Of a DNA stretch of 64,000 nucleotides, positions 49,166 through 58,106 are shown in pieces (position 1 is the first letter of the stretch; every line of letters begins with the position of its first letter). The notes beneath the pieces were generated by a model, which saw only the letters and a list, made by a program, of their open reading frames with translations, made no database searches and was not told the origin of the DNA. The position numbers and the translations under genes were made by a program. The DNA comes from Planctomycetota bacterium (GTDB taxonomy: Bacteria; Planctomycetota; UBA11346), in NCBI GenBank assembly GCA_038213805.1, contig JBBQSO010000008.1, forward strand, positions 1 through 64,000, given 5' to 3'.

Positions 49166-50068
49166 ATGTTGCTCGCCGGAATCGATGAAGCAGGGTACGG
49201 ACCGACGCTCGGGCCGCTGGCGGTGGTCGCCACGCGCGTCCACGCCGATAGCGTCGCAGCGCTCGTCGCCGGCTTCGCGGCGTCCGGCACGGGACTCGCC
49301 GACAGCAAGCGCGTGCACCGATCTGGCGACCTCGCACCCCTTGAACGCGTCGCGCTGGGCGGCCTCACGTGGCTTAGCGGTGCCCCGCCGCGCAGCGCGG
49401 CCGAGGTCTTCGCCCTGCTCGGCGAGGAGCCCGCCCAGCGCGCCGACATCGCCTGGATGGCCGGCGCAGACGAGCTCCTGCTACCGGTGGCCGCCGCGGA
49501 ATGCCCGGCGTGGCGCGTCGCCGGCATCGTCCCCGCGGGCGTCGCGGGCAGGCTGGTCCAGCCCGCGACCTACAACCGCACGCTGCGCGCTGGCCGCAAC
49601 AAGGCGGAGCTTGAACTCGACCTGGTCGGCGCCCTGCTCGCCTGGGTCGGTGCGCACGCGGGCGAGATCGCCGTCGACCGCCTGGGTGGCCGCCGGTATT
49701 ACCGCGACGCGCTGCAAGCGTGTTTCCCGGCGGCCATGATCCTGATCGAGGAGGAGAGCACGGTGCTCAGCCGCTACCGCGTCTGCCACGGGGACTGCGA
49801 CCAGAACGTCGCCTTTGCGGTCGACGGCGAGAGCCTCAATCCACTCACCGCGCTGGCGAGCTGCATCGCCAAGTACGCGCGCGAGCTGCACCTGCTCCTG
49901 CTCAACCGCCACTGGTGCGCGCGCTGGCCGCAGCTCCGCCCCACCGCCGGATATCCCGAGGACGCCCGCCGCTGGCTGGCCGCGATCGGCCCGCTCAGCC
50001 CCGAGGTCGCGCACGCCCTGGTGCGCACCGAAACCCCGCGCGACCAGCGAAAGGTCGCAAGTATTTGA
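49166..50068 (+). CDS. RNase HII-like nuclease (long atypical form)
   Basis: AGIDEAGYGPTLGPL, ADSK, VDRLGGR, ALASCIAKYARE and GYP. Confidence 0.8.
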   Translation: MLLAGIDEAGYGPTLGPLAVVATRVHADSVAALVAGFAASGTGLADSKRVHRSGDLAPLERVALGGLTWLSGAPPRSAAEVFALLGEEPAQRADIAWMAGADELLLPVAAAECPAWRVAGIVPAGVAGRLVQPATYNRTLRAGRNKAELELDLVGALLAWVGAHAGEIAVDRLGGRRYYRDALQACFPAAMILIEEESTVLSRYRVCHGDCDQNVAFAVDGESLNPLTALASCIAKYARELHLLLLNRHWCARWPQLRPTAGYPEDARRWLAAIGPLSPEVAHALVRTETPRDQRKVASI

Positions 50069-50168
50069 CAAGTAGTAGGTGCAAATATGCCTCGCGTCGG
50101 GGCGATTCAGCCCTAAGGCAGTGACTCGAAATCATCCCGATTCCCACCCTAGCCCCGGAACCGTCGTC

Positions 50169-50567
50169 ATGGAGACCATCGGCCCGCTGCAGCTCAGAGT
50201 CATGCACTACCTGTGGAAGAACGGACCTGCCACGGTGCATGCGGTACTCGAGCACCTCAACCACCAGCCGGGGTGCACCGCCCTGGCTTACACCACCATC
50301 CTGACGGTGATGCGCAATCTGGCGCGCCGCCACTTCCTCAGCCAACAGCCTGCAGGGCGCAGCCACATCTTCGCCCCGCTGGTCGACGAGTACACGTACA
50401 AGCTTGGCATGCTCCAGCAGCTGCGCCGCGACCTCTTTGGCGGCGACGTGGACTGGATGCTGACCTACCTCGGCAAGGACGAGGAGATCGACCAGGACAA
50501 GCGCACGCGCATCGCCGCTCTGGGCGGTGAACAGCCGGTCACGCGCGTCGCGGAAGTCCCGTCGTGA
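50169..50567 (+). CDS. BlaI/MecI/CopY-family repressor
   Basis: LQLRVMHYLW.NGPATV, LAYTTILTVMRNL and LFGG. Confidence 0.92.
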   Translation: METIGPLQLRVMHYLWKNGPATVHAVLEHLNHQPGCTALAYTTILTVMRNLARRHFLSQQPAGRSHIFAPLVDEYTYKLGMLQQLRRDLFGGDVDWMLTYLGKDEEIDQDKRTRIAALGGEQPVTRVAEVPS

Positions 50568-50863
50568 AGCCGCTGCCGCCGGAAGCCGTCGATGCCGCCC
50601 TGGGCACGCTGCCGGGGTGGGCCCGCGCCGGAGACGCCCTGGAACGCACCCTGCGCTTCCCCGGGTTCACTGGTGCGATCGCATTTATGCACGACTGCGC
50701 GCCGGAGATCGACGCCCTCGATCACCACCCGGAATGGACCAACGTCTACAACACCGTGCGGGTGCGACTGACCACGCACGACGCTGGCGACCAGATCACC
50801 GATCAGGATTTGACGCTAGCGCGGCTGATCTCAGCCAAGGCGCTGCTGCACGGCGGGGCCTGA
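50564..50863 (+). CDS. phhB: Pterin-4a-carbinolamine dehydratase
   Basis: DHHPEWTNVYNTV and LTTHDAG..T..D..LA; GTGA overlap with the blaI-like gene. Confidence 0.93.
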   Translation: MKPLPPEAVDAALGTLPGWARAGDALERTLRFPGFTGAIAFMHDCAPEIDALDHHPEWTNVYNTVRVRLTTHDAGDQITDQDLTLARLISAKALLHGGA

Positions 50864-50880
50864 TTCGGAGGGTGGGCATT

Positions 50881-51021
50881 ATCATCGCCAAGACGCCAAG
50901 GGGACGACAGGAGAGAGCATCGGTCTGAAGTCCCGCATGCTCATGTACATCCTGCTCACCTATCAGACCGCGTCTTATACATCGACGGCCCTTGGCGGGC
51001 TGGGCGTCTAGGCGGCTTGAT
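50881..51021. repeat. Inverted element with (CGCCAAGA)2 arms
   Basis: atcatcgccaagacgccaagg (50881-50901) versus ccttggcg..ctgggcg tctaggcg..ttgat (50990-51021); inner IR cggtctga/tcagaccg. Confidence 0.65.
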
Positions 51022-51072
51022 CTGCGAGTCGGTGCAGGTCCTACCAACGACGGCCTGGCGGCCTGATCCGCC

Positions 51073-53781
51073 TCAGCGTCCCACGGGCGCCAGGTTCAAC
51101 GTCTGGATGAGGTGCGCGCGCAGGGTTTCCGCCGCCTCGTCGCTCAGCTTGCTGCCGTCTCGGTAGACGTAGAAGACGTCGACCGCGACGTCACCCATGG
51201 TGTTGATGCAGGCATAACTGATCTCGCAGCCGTGCGTTGAAATGGCGCGGCACAGCTTGCTGAGCAGGCCGACTTCATCCTTGGTGTGGATGTCGACGAT
51301 GGTGTAGTCCTCGCTGGTGCGCTGCTCGACCTTCACCGCGGGGTCGTCAAAGCCGCTATCGGCGGGCTTGGTCAGGGTCAGGCTGTTGCGACGCTTCTCG
51401 AGCAGGGTCTCGGCCGACAGTCGCCCCTGCGATACCGCGAACAGGTCGGCACGGAAGCGCGTCCACGGCGCCTCCTCATTCAGGCGCGACGGGTAGATCG
51501 AGGACAGCCGGTAGCTGTAGATGACCATGCCCGAGACGCTGACCCAGGTGCGCGCATCGATGATGTCGAACCCGTGGCCGCTGAGCGTGGCAGTGACGTC
51601 GGCGAAGAGCGCGTGTCGGTCGGGCACGGCCGCGACCAGGAACACCGACTTGTCCTTGAGCTCGTAGTGCAGGCCGACGCCGGAGGCACGCGCCTCCTGC
51701 AGCACGGTGTAGTGGCGGACGATCTCGCCGGCCGCGACCTGGTGCAGGTAGCTGTGCGGCAGATCCTGGAGGAAGGCCTCGGCGCGCTCGGTGGGGACGC
51801 CGCTGACGACCAGCGCCGCTGCGAGGCGCTCGTGGCGGCTGCCGATGGTCGCGCCGGCGTCACGGAAATGCGCGCTCAGGGTCTGGTAGAGGTCGCTGAG
51901 CAGCGCCTCCTGCCAGCCGGTGAGGATGCCCTCGCCGACCGCGCGCGCGTCGCCGTAGGTCAGGCAGTAGAGCGCTTCAAGGTTGTCCTGGGTGCCGATC
52001 TTCTCGGCGAAGGCGCGCAGGAAAGACGGCTCGTGAAAGTCGCGCATGCGGCTGGCGTCGGAGAGCGCGACGTGGCGCTCGACCAGGAAGTAGAACAGCT
52101 CGGTCTCGCGCTCGTCCAGGCCGAAGCGCTCGGCGACGCCGCCGGCCATGATCGCGCCGCGCGCAACGTGGCCGCGCCCCATGTACTTGCCCATGTCGTG
52201 CAGCAGCAGACTGAGGCCGAGGATGTCCTTGCGCTTCTGGCGCGCGAAGATCGCGGCCATGCCCGGCAGGCCGGCGATGGTGCCGTTCGCCACCGCATCG
52301 AGATTGCCCATCGCGAACAGCGTGTGCTGGTCGACGGTGAACTGGTGGTAGCTGTCGAACTGCATGTGGCAGGTGAGATTGCCGAACTCGGGCAGGTAGG
52401 CGCCGAGCAGGCCGGCGTTGTGCATGTCCTCGAGGATCAGCTGGGTGCGGCCGAAGTCGCCGATGAGTTCAAGGAAGACCCGGGCCAGCGCGCGGTCGCC
52501 GCGCACCGCGTCGGTGAAGACGCCCAGGTGGGTCTTGATCGCGCGCTGCAGTTCCAGGCTCAGGCGCATGCCGCGCGTCTGGGCCAGGCGGCACATGCGC
52601 ACCAGGCGCGCGCCGGCATCGGGCAGCGACCAGAAGTCGGCGTGGCTGAGGTAGACCTGGCCCTGCACCGCCGTGAAGTCCTTGTCGAGCACCTTGCGCG
52701 TCTTGATCAGCAGCGTCCAGCGCCCGAGGTGCCCGGTGGCCTTCAGACGGCTCACCGCCAGCTCGAGGATCTGGTGGACGTGCAGGACCCGGGCGTAGTG
52801 CTCCTTCATGAAGTGCTCGACCGCGCGCAGCTGGCTGAGATCGGAGTAGCCGAGCTGCTTGGCCACGCGCACCTGGTCGGCGAGCTGGAAGATGTCCTGC
52901 TTGCGGCCGTGGTGGAAGTGCAGCAGCGAGCGCAGGCAGAGCAGGTGGTCGTTGGTCGACTCGACCGCGGCGAGGTCATGCTGGGTGATGACCTCGAGGT
53001 CGGCGACGCGCGCCAGTTCGCGGCTGCCGAAGGCGATGAAGGCGATGTTGCTGAGCAGCTGGACGTCGCGCAGGCAGCCAGGGTTGGTCTTGAGGTTGGG
53101 CTCCATCTGGAACAGGCTGACGCCGGCCTGGGAGCGGCGCTTGGCGAGCTCCTCGAGCTTGAACTTCAGGAACGGCACGCTGCGCTTGCGGCGCAGGCGC
53201 GCCAGAATGTCGGCGAGCGCCGCGATCGGACGCGGGCCGGCAAGCAGCGGGCGCTGTTCGATGACCGCGGTGGCGGTGACGAAGTCGTCCTCAAGCAGGC
53301 GGTCGAGCTCGCCGGCGCCGCGCGAACTCGCGCCGACGGTGAACTTGACGTCCCACATCAGGGCCTGGAACTCGGCATTGCCCTTGGTCAGCCATTCGGG
53401 CGCACGGCTGTCGGCCGCGAGCACCAGCAGGTCGATGTCGGACTGCGGATTGAGTTCGCCGCGGCCATAGCCACCGAGCGCGAAGATGCCGACGCCGTCT
53501 TCCCAACCGGCGGGTGCGCCGACCTTGGCGAAGGCGCGGCGCGCGAGCGCGCGGATGATCACGTCGGTGAAGCCGGTGATGGCGAGCGCCACCGCACCAC
53601 CGCCGGCGGTCGAGGTGAGGCCCTCGAGCTGCTGCCGGGCGATGGTGGCGAGCTCGCGCGCGCGCAGCTCCTTGATCGCCGCCACCGCTTCGGCGCGCGG
53701 CCGGGATTCGAGCCGCCCGACCTCGAGGACGAACTGGGCCGACTCGGGGATGGACAGCGTGCGCGAGGTGATTTCCGGCAT
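51073..53781 (-). CDS. glnD: [Protein-PII] uridylyltransferase / uridylyl-removing enzyme
   Basis: ALGGYGRGELNPQSDIDLL, EPNLKTNPGCLRD, YHQFTVDQH, LLHDMGK (HD) and two C-terminal ACT domains. Confidence 0.96.
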   Translation of the reverse strand: MPEITSRTLSIPESAQFVLEVGRLESRPRAEAVAAIKELRARELATIARQQLEGLTSTAGGGAVALAITGFTDVIIRALARRAFAKVGAPAGWEDGVGIFALGGYGRGELNPQSDIDLLVLAADSRAPEWLTKGNAEFQALMWDVKFTVGASSRGAGELDRLLEDDFVTATAVIEQRPLLAGPRPIAALADILARLRRKRSVPFLKFKLEELAKRRSQAGVSLFQMEPNLKTNPGCLRDVQLLSNIAFIAFGSRELARVADLEVITQHDLAAVESTNDHLLCLRSLLHFHHGRKQDIFQLADQVRVAKQLGYSDLSQLRAVEHFMKEHYARVLHVHQILELAVSRLKATGHLGRWTLLIKTRKVLDKDFTAVQGQVYLSHADFWSLPDAGARLVRMCRLAQTRGMRLSLELQRAIKTHLGVFTDAVRGDRALARVFLELIGDFGRTQLILEDMHNAGLLGAYLPEFGNLTCHMQFDSYHQFTVDQHTLFAMGNLDAVANGTIAGLPGMAAIFARQKRKDILGLSLLLHDMGKYMGRGHVARGAIMAGGVAERFGLDERETELFYFLVERHVALSDASRMRDFHEPSFLRAFAEKIGTQDNLEALYCLTYGDARAVGEGILTGWQEALLSDLYQTLSAHFRDAGATIGSRHERLAAALVVSGVPTERAEAFLQDLPHSYLHQVAAGEIVRHYTVLQEARASGVGLHYELKDKSVFLVAAVPDRHALFADVTATLSGHGFDIIDARTWVSVSGMVIYSYRLSSIYPSRLNEEAPWTRFRADLFAVSQGRLSAETLLEKRRNSLTLTKPADSGFDDPAVKVEQRTSEDYTIVDIHTKDEVGLLSKLCRAISTHGCEISYACINTMGDVAVDVFYVYRDGSKLSDEAAETLRAHLIQTLNLAPVGR

Positions 53782-53937
53782 CTCCGAAGCGTACGCTGGG
53801 CTGGGGGTCGACAAGGGGCGGCGAGCCGGGTGTCCGACGGCGCGCCCGCACGGCGAGGCCGTCCTGCGCCGCTTGCGCTCGCCGCCCCTCGCCTCCCCTC
53901 CCCTTGCGGGTGCGGCGCTCGCCACGATCCTCCCGCC

Positions 53938-55227
53938 ATGCCCGCCGCGCCGCTCTCGATCCCAACCCTGGCCCGTGGCCAGCGCACCACCTGGACGGTT
54001 CCCGGTTCGAAGAGCATCACCAACCGCGCACTGGTGCTGGCGGCGCTGGCCGATGGCACCTCGGTGCTGGAAGGAGTGCTGGAGAGCGACGACACCCGGC
54101 ACATGCGCACCTGCCTCGCTGCGCTGGGCGTGGCCATCCGCGACGGCGCGACCCACCAGCTGATCGTCGACGGCGGGCGGGGACGGCTGCACGCGCCCGC
54201 GGACGCGCTATTCGTCGGCAACAGCGGCACCACGGTGCGATTCCTCGCCGGGCTGGCCGCGCTCATCCCCGGCGCGCTGACTTTCGTCGGCGACGCGCAC
54301 ATGGCCAAGCGCCCGATCCAGGACCTGGTCGACGGCCTGCGCCAGCTCGGGGTGCGCGTGGACTGCCCGACCGGCTGCCCACCGCTGACCATCCACGGCG
54401 GCGTGGTCGCGGGCGGTGCGGTGCGCATGCGCGGCGACCGCTCCAGCCAGTACTTCTCGGCGTTGCTGCTGTCGGCGGGCTTCGCCCAGCGCGACCTCGC
54501 GGTGGCCATCGAGGGCACCCTGGTCAGCCGCCCCTACGTCGAGATGACGCGGCGCATGGTCGCCGACTTCGGCGGGCGCATCGACGACAGCGCCGATGGC
54601 TTCATCGTGCGCGCAGTGGCCGCCTACCGCGCACGCACGTACCGCATCGAGCCGGACGCCTCCTCGGCCAGCTACCCCTTCGCGTGGGCGGCGGCGGGCG
54701 GGCACACCGTCACCGTGCCCAACCTCACCGCGGCCTCGCTGCAGGGCGATTACGGTTTCCTAAGGGTCCTGGAGCAGGCCGGCGCGCGCGTCGCCAGCAA
54801 CGACCAGGGCACCACGGTCAGCGGCCCGGCACAGCTGCGCGGTGTCGACGTCGATATGCACCACATCAGCGACACGGTGATGACCCTGGCCGCGATCGCG
54901 CCGCTCTGCTCCGGGCCGACCACCATCCGCAACATCGCCAACATCCGCATCAAGGAGACCGACCGCCTGGCCGCGACGGTCGCCGAGTTACGCCGCCTTG
55001 GCCAGGAGGTCGAGCACGGCGAGGACTGGCTGCGCGTCCATCCCCGCCCGCTGCGCCCGGCCGTGGTCGAGTGCTACGCGGACCACCGCATGGCGATGAG
55101 CTTCGCCGTGCTCGGCACCCTCGCCCCTGGTGTGGCGATCGCCGATCCGGCGTGCACCGCGAAGACGTATCCTGGGTTCTGGGATGACCTGGGTGGACTG
55201 TATCCTGATAGGGAGAAGCCATGGTGA
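53938..55227 (+). CDS. aroA: 3-phosphoshikimate 1-carboxyvinyltransferase
   Basis: PGSKSITNR, GNSGTTVRF, SSQYFS, DASSASY, RIKETDR, DHRMAMSF and KTYPGF. Confidence 0.96.
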   Translation: MPAAPLSIPTLARGQRTTWTVPGSKSITNRALVLAALADGTSVLEGVLESDDTRHMRTCLAALGVAIRDGATHQLIVDGGRGRLHAPADALFVGNSGTTVRFLAGLAALIPGALTFVGDAHMAKRPIQDLVDGLRQLGVRVDCPTGCPPLTIHGGVVAGGAVRMRGDRSSQYFSALLLSAGFAQRDLAVAIEGTLVSRPYVEMTRRMVADFGGRIDDSADGFIVRAVAAYRARTYRIEPDASSASYPFAWAAAGGHTVTVPNLTAASLQGDYGFLRVLEQAGARVASNDQGTTVSGPAQLRGVDVDMHHISDTVMTLAAIAPLCSGPTTIRNIANIRIKETDRLAATVAELRRLGQEVEHGEDWLRVHPRPLRPAVVECYADHRMAMSFAVLGTLAPGVAIADPACTAKTYPGFWDDLGGLYPDREKPW

Positions 55228-55230
55228 GCG

Positions 55231-55358
55231 GTCCGGAAGTCTGGAAGTCCGGAAGTCCGGAAGTCGGACAGCCTTGCGGAACCAGTGATCGCTGGGGGGC
55301 ACGGACGATCCCGTCCCACGAGACTTCCAGACTTGCGGACTTCCGGACCTCCGGACCC
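55231..55358. repeat. GTCCGGAA inverted-tandem element, copy E
   Basis: Four units at 55231-55262, a 62-nt core, and four units at 55325-55356. Confidence 0.92.
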
Positions 55359-55375
55359 ATCGGCGCGGAGCGCCC

Positions 55376-55969
55376 ATGCTGAGAATCATCGCCGGCACCT
55401 GGAAGGGCCGCCGCCTGCTCGCCCCGCCGGGCCTCGAGACCCGGCCGTTGCCCGACCGCATCAAGCAGTCGCTGTTCGATCTGCTCGGGCAGCGCTGCGA
55501 CGGCTTGGCGGTCGCCGACGTATGCGCCGGCTCCGGTTCGTTCGGGTGCGAGGCGCTCAGCCGTGGCGCGCGCGTCGTGCACCTCATCGAGTCGGGCCGC
55601 CACGCCATCGGCATCATCCAGGCGAACCAGCGCACCCTCGGCAGCCCGGCGGCGCTGGTCCTGCACACCCGGCCGTTCCAGACCGCGCTGGCCGCGCTGC
55701 GGGAGCTCGACCTGGTGTTCTGCGATCCGCCCTTCCCATGGTTCCAGAGCGAGCCCGCGACGCTGAGTGAATTGCTGCGCCTGGGAGCAGCTGCGCTCGC
55801 CCCGGGCGGGCGGCTGGTGGTGCGCGGCGAGCGCGGCTTCGACCTGCCACCCCTGCCGGCGACCCTGCGCGAGAGCGACCGGCGCTTCTATGGACGCAGT
55901 TGGGTGGTGGTGCTGGTCGGAGTGCGGAAGGTGCCGGCTCCGCCGCAGGTGGGAGCGGCACCTGGCTGA
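55376..55969 (+). CDS. rsmD: 16S rRNA m2G966 methyltransferase
   Basis: LRIIAGTWKGR, TRP..DRIKQSLF, CAGSGSFGCEALSRGA and DPPF. Confidence 0.93.
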   Translation: MLRIIAGTWKGRRLLAPPGLETRPLPDRIKQSLFDLLGQRCDGLAVADVCAGSGSFGCEALSRGARVVHLIESGRHAIGIIQANQRTLGSPAALVLHTRPFQTALAALRELDLVFCDPPFPWFQSEPATLSELLRLGAAALAPGGRLVVRGERGFDLPPLPATLRESDRRFYGRSWVVVLVGVRKVPAPPQVGAAPG

Positions 55970-55998
55970 GAGGGTCCGCGTCATCCGGCGGTGAGGCG

Positions 55999-56361
55999 CT
56001 AGCCCTTCTCATCCGCATGGAACTGGTGCAGGAAGCGGTGCGCGATCGGTGTGGCGGCGACCCCGATCAGGGCGATGAAGAAGACGCCACTGAACAGCGC
56101 GTACGCGGAGGCGAAAAGTTTGCCGGCGACGCTGTGCAGCTCCGCAGCGGGGCCCATGCCGGAGAGGATCATCGCGGCGTTGACCAGGGCATCGATCCAG
56201 TCCATGCCCTCGCTGAGCCGGTAGCCGATCACGCCGATGCCAAGGGCCAGGGCGAGCAGCGCTGCCATCAGCAGTCCGGCGCGGGCCATGCGCCGGGCAA
56301 AGGCGGCGCGCGTGAGGACGTGCTCGCTGCGGTGCTCGAAGATGCGTGGCCGGGCTTTCAT
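55999..56361 (-). CDS. Small 2-TM membrane protein with a K+-channel-like pore-helix region
   Basis: TM1, GYRLSEGMDWIDALVNAAMILSGMG, AGKLFASAYAL, TM2. Confidence 0.7.
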   Translation of the reverse strand: MKARPRIFEHRSEHVLTRAAFARRMARAGLLMAALLALALGIGVIGYRLSEGMDWIDALVNAAMILSGMGPAAELHSVAGKLFASAYALFSGVFFIALIGVAATPIAHRFLHQFHADEKG

Positions 56362-56365
56362 GGCG

Positions 56366-57898
56366 TCATTCCACGGTGGGCGATTCTGTGGGAGCCGCTC
56401 CCGGCGCGACCGGGCGCCGGGAGCGGCGCAGCCAGCCGGTGCCAGCGATGGCGAGGTAGACACCCATGCCCAGGGCCACGGCGGCGGCGAGGCGCAACGC
56501 GGCATGGCCGGAGCCGTGGCCAGGCGGCTGCGGCCACAGCCGCAGCAGCGCCACGACCGCGGCGCCCATGGCCAGCGCACCAAGCAGCGGCCGCAGCAGG
56601 CCGCTCCAGCCGATCACACCGCCGGTGCCGCGCAGGTGGAGCAGGCGCAGGTAGAGTGCGCATCCTACGAAACTTGAGATCGCGGTGGCCAGGGCCAGCC
56701 CGGCCTCGCGTAGCGGGGTGCGCACCAGCACCAGGTTGAGCGCCAGGTTGAGCGCGACCATGGCCAGGCTGATGCGCATCGGCGTGCGCTGGTCGCGGCG
56801 TGCGTGGAAGGCGCGCATCAGCAGCTTGGCCAAGGCGATCGGCACCAGCGCCAGGGCGAGCATCTGCGTCACCAGCACGGTGCGCGCCACCGCCGCATCG
56901 TCGAAGCGGCCGCTCTGGTAGATGGTGCGCACGACCGGCTCGGCCGTGGCGAGCAGGCCGACCGCCGCCGGCAGCAGCCAGAAGGCGAGCAGGCGCGAGG
57001 CTTCGCGCAGACCGGCGCCGGTCGCCGCCCAGCCCTCGGCGGCGCGGCTGGCGAGCTCCGGGTAGGCGGCGGTGGTCACGCCGTGGCCGATCAGCGCCAT
57101 CGGGAACTGCAGCAGGCGGTTGCCGAAGTAGAGGATCGCCACCGCGCCGTCGCCGGGGATGAAGATCATCGCGATGACGCTGTCGAGGTAGGCGTTCACC
57201 TGGTAGATGCCGCTGGCGACCACCGTCGGTGCCAGCGCGCTGCGCAGTTCGCGCAGCTCGGGAGTGCTGGCGGTGGCCAAGGGCGGCACGCCGCCGGGGG
57301 TGCGCGCCAGCGCCCACAGCAGCAGCGCCACCTGCAGGACGCCGGCCGCGAGCACCGCGTAGGGCAGCAGCCAGGCTTCGGCCTCGGGCGACATCCACAC
57401 CGTCGCGATCATGCACAGGTTCATCACCACCGGAGCCGCCGCCGGCGTCCAGAAGTGGCGGCGCCCATTCAACACCCCCGACATGATCGCCGCGACGCAG
57501 ATGAAGATCAGGAACGGGATCTGCGGGATGGCCATCGCCGCGACGATCACCACCTTGCCGGTGCCGCAACGCACCAGCACGCCCGCCGCCACCATGCCGA
57601 GCGCCGCGAATACGCTCAATCCCAGGGCGAGGCGGGTGATGACCAGACCGGCGAAGCGCTCTGCCGCTTGCGGATCACGGTCGCGTCCCTGCACGTAGCG
57701 CGGCACGAAGGCCGCCGCCAGCGCACCTTCACCGAAGAGATTGCGCAGCAGGTTGGGCAGCGCGAAGGCCATTAGGAAGCAGTCGAGCATCAGCGACCCG
57801 CCCATCGCCCCCGCCCACAGCCGGTCGCGCACCAGACCGAGGATGCGGCTGGCCAGGGTCCAGCTGCTGACGGCGAAGGCGCGCTTGGCGAGGCTCAC
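56366..57898 (-). CDS. murJ: Lipid II flippase MurJ (MviN)
   Basis: SRILGLVRD, PNLLRNLFGEGAL..AFVP, NRLLQFP, GRFD and GLALATAI. Confidence 0.96.
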   Translation of the reverse strand: MSLAKRAFAVSSWTLASRILGLVRDRLWAGAMGGSLMLDCFLMAFALPNLLRNLFGEGALAAAFVPRYVQGRDRDPQAAERFAGLVITRLALGLSVFAALGMVAAGVLVRCGTGKVVIVAAMAIPQIPFLIFICVAAIMSGVLNGRRHFWTPAAAPVVMNLCMIATVWMSPEAEAWLLPYAVLAAGVLQVALLLWALARTPGGVPPLATASTPELRELRSALAPTVVASGIYQVNAYLDSVIAMIFIPGDGAVAILYFGNRLLQFPMALIGHGVTTAAYPELASRAAEGWAATGAGLREASRLLAFWLLPAAVGLLATAEPVVRTIYQSGRFDDAAVARTVLVTQMLALALVPIALAKLLMRAFHARRDQRTPMRISLAMVALNLALNLVLVRTPLREAGLALATAISSFVGCALYLRLLHLRGTGGVIGWSGLLRPLLGALAMGAAVVALLRLWPQPPGHGSGHAALRLAAAVALGMGVYLAIAGTGWLRRSRRPVAPGAAPTESPTVE

Positions 57899-57954
57899 GG
57901 CATCAAGGTCTGGAGCGGTTGCGCGGGGACAAGGGGATCATCGCTGGGTGCGAA

Positions 57955-58106
57955 GTCCGGAAGTCCGGAAGTCCGGAAGTCTCAGCGAACGCGATGTCAT
58001 GGGCGAACCGCTGCGATGACGCTGGAATGCTATCCCACGCGGCGGAATGGGGCCGACCCGGTACTCATGGACTTCCGGACTTCCGGACTTCCGGACTTCC
58101 GGACCC
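57955..58106. repeat. GTCCGGAA inverted-tandem element, copy F
   Basis: (GTCCGGAA)3 at 57955-57978, a 94-nt core, and (TTCCGGAC)4 at 58073-58104 inside the 3' end of the transglutaminase gene. Confidence 0.93.

Noticed and set aside
46735..49527. 930-aa minus-strand ORF and similar long antisense ORFs (28787-31504, 14018-15889, 25454-27313, 33381-35363)
   Set aside because: They overlap well-supported genes on the opposite strand and have no motifs; such ORFs are expected at this GC content.
51286..53937. 1313-aa ORF as a giant AroA fusion
   Set aside because: The upstream part is the stop-free antisense frame of glnD; AroA motifs start at 53938.
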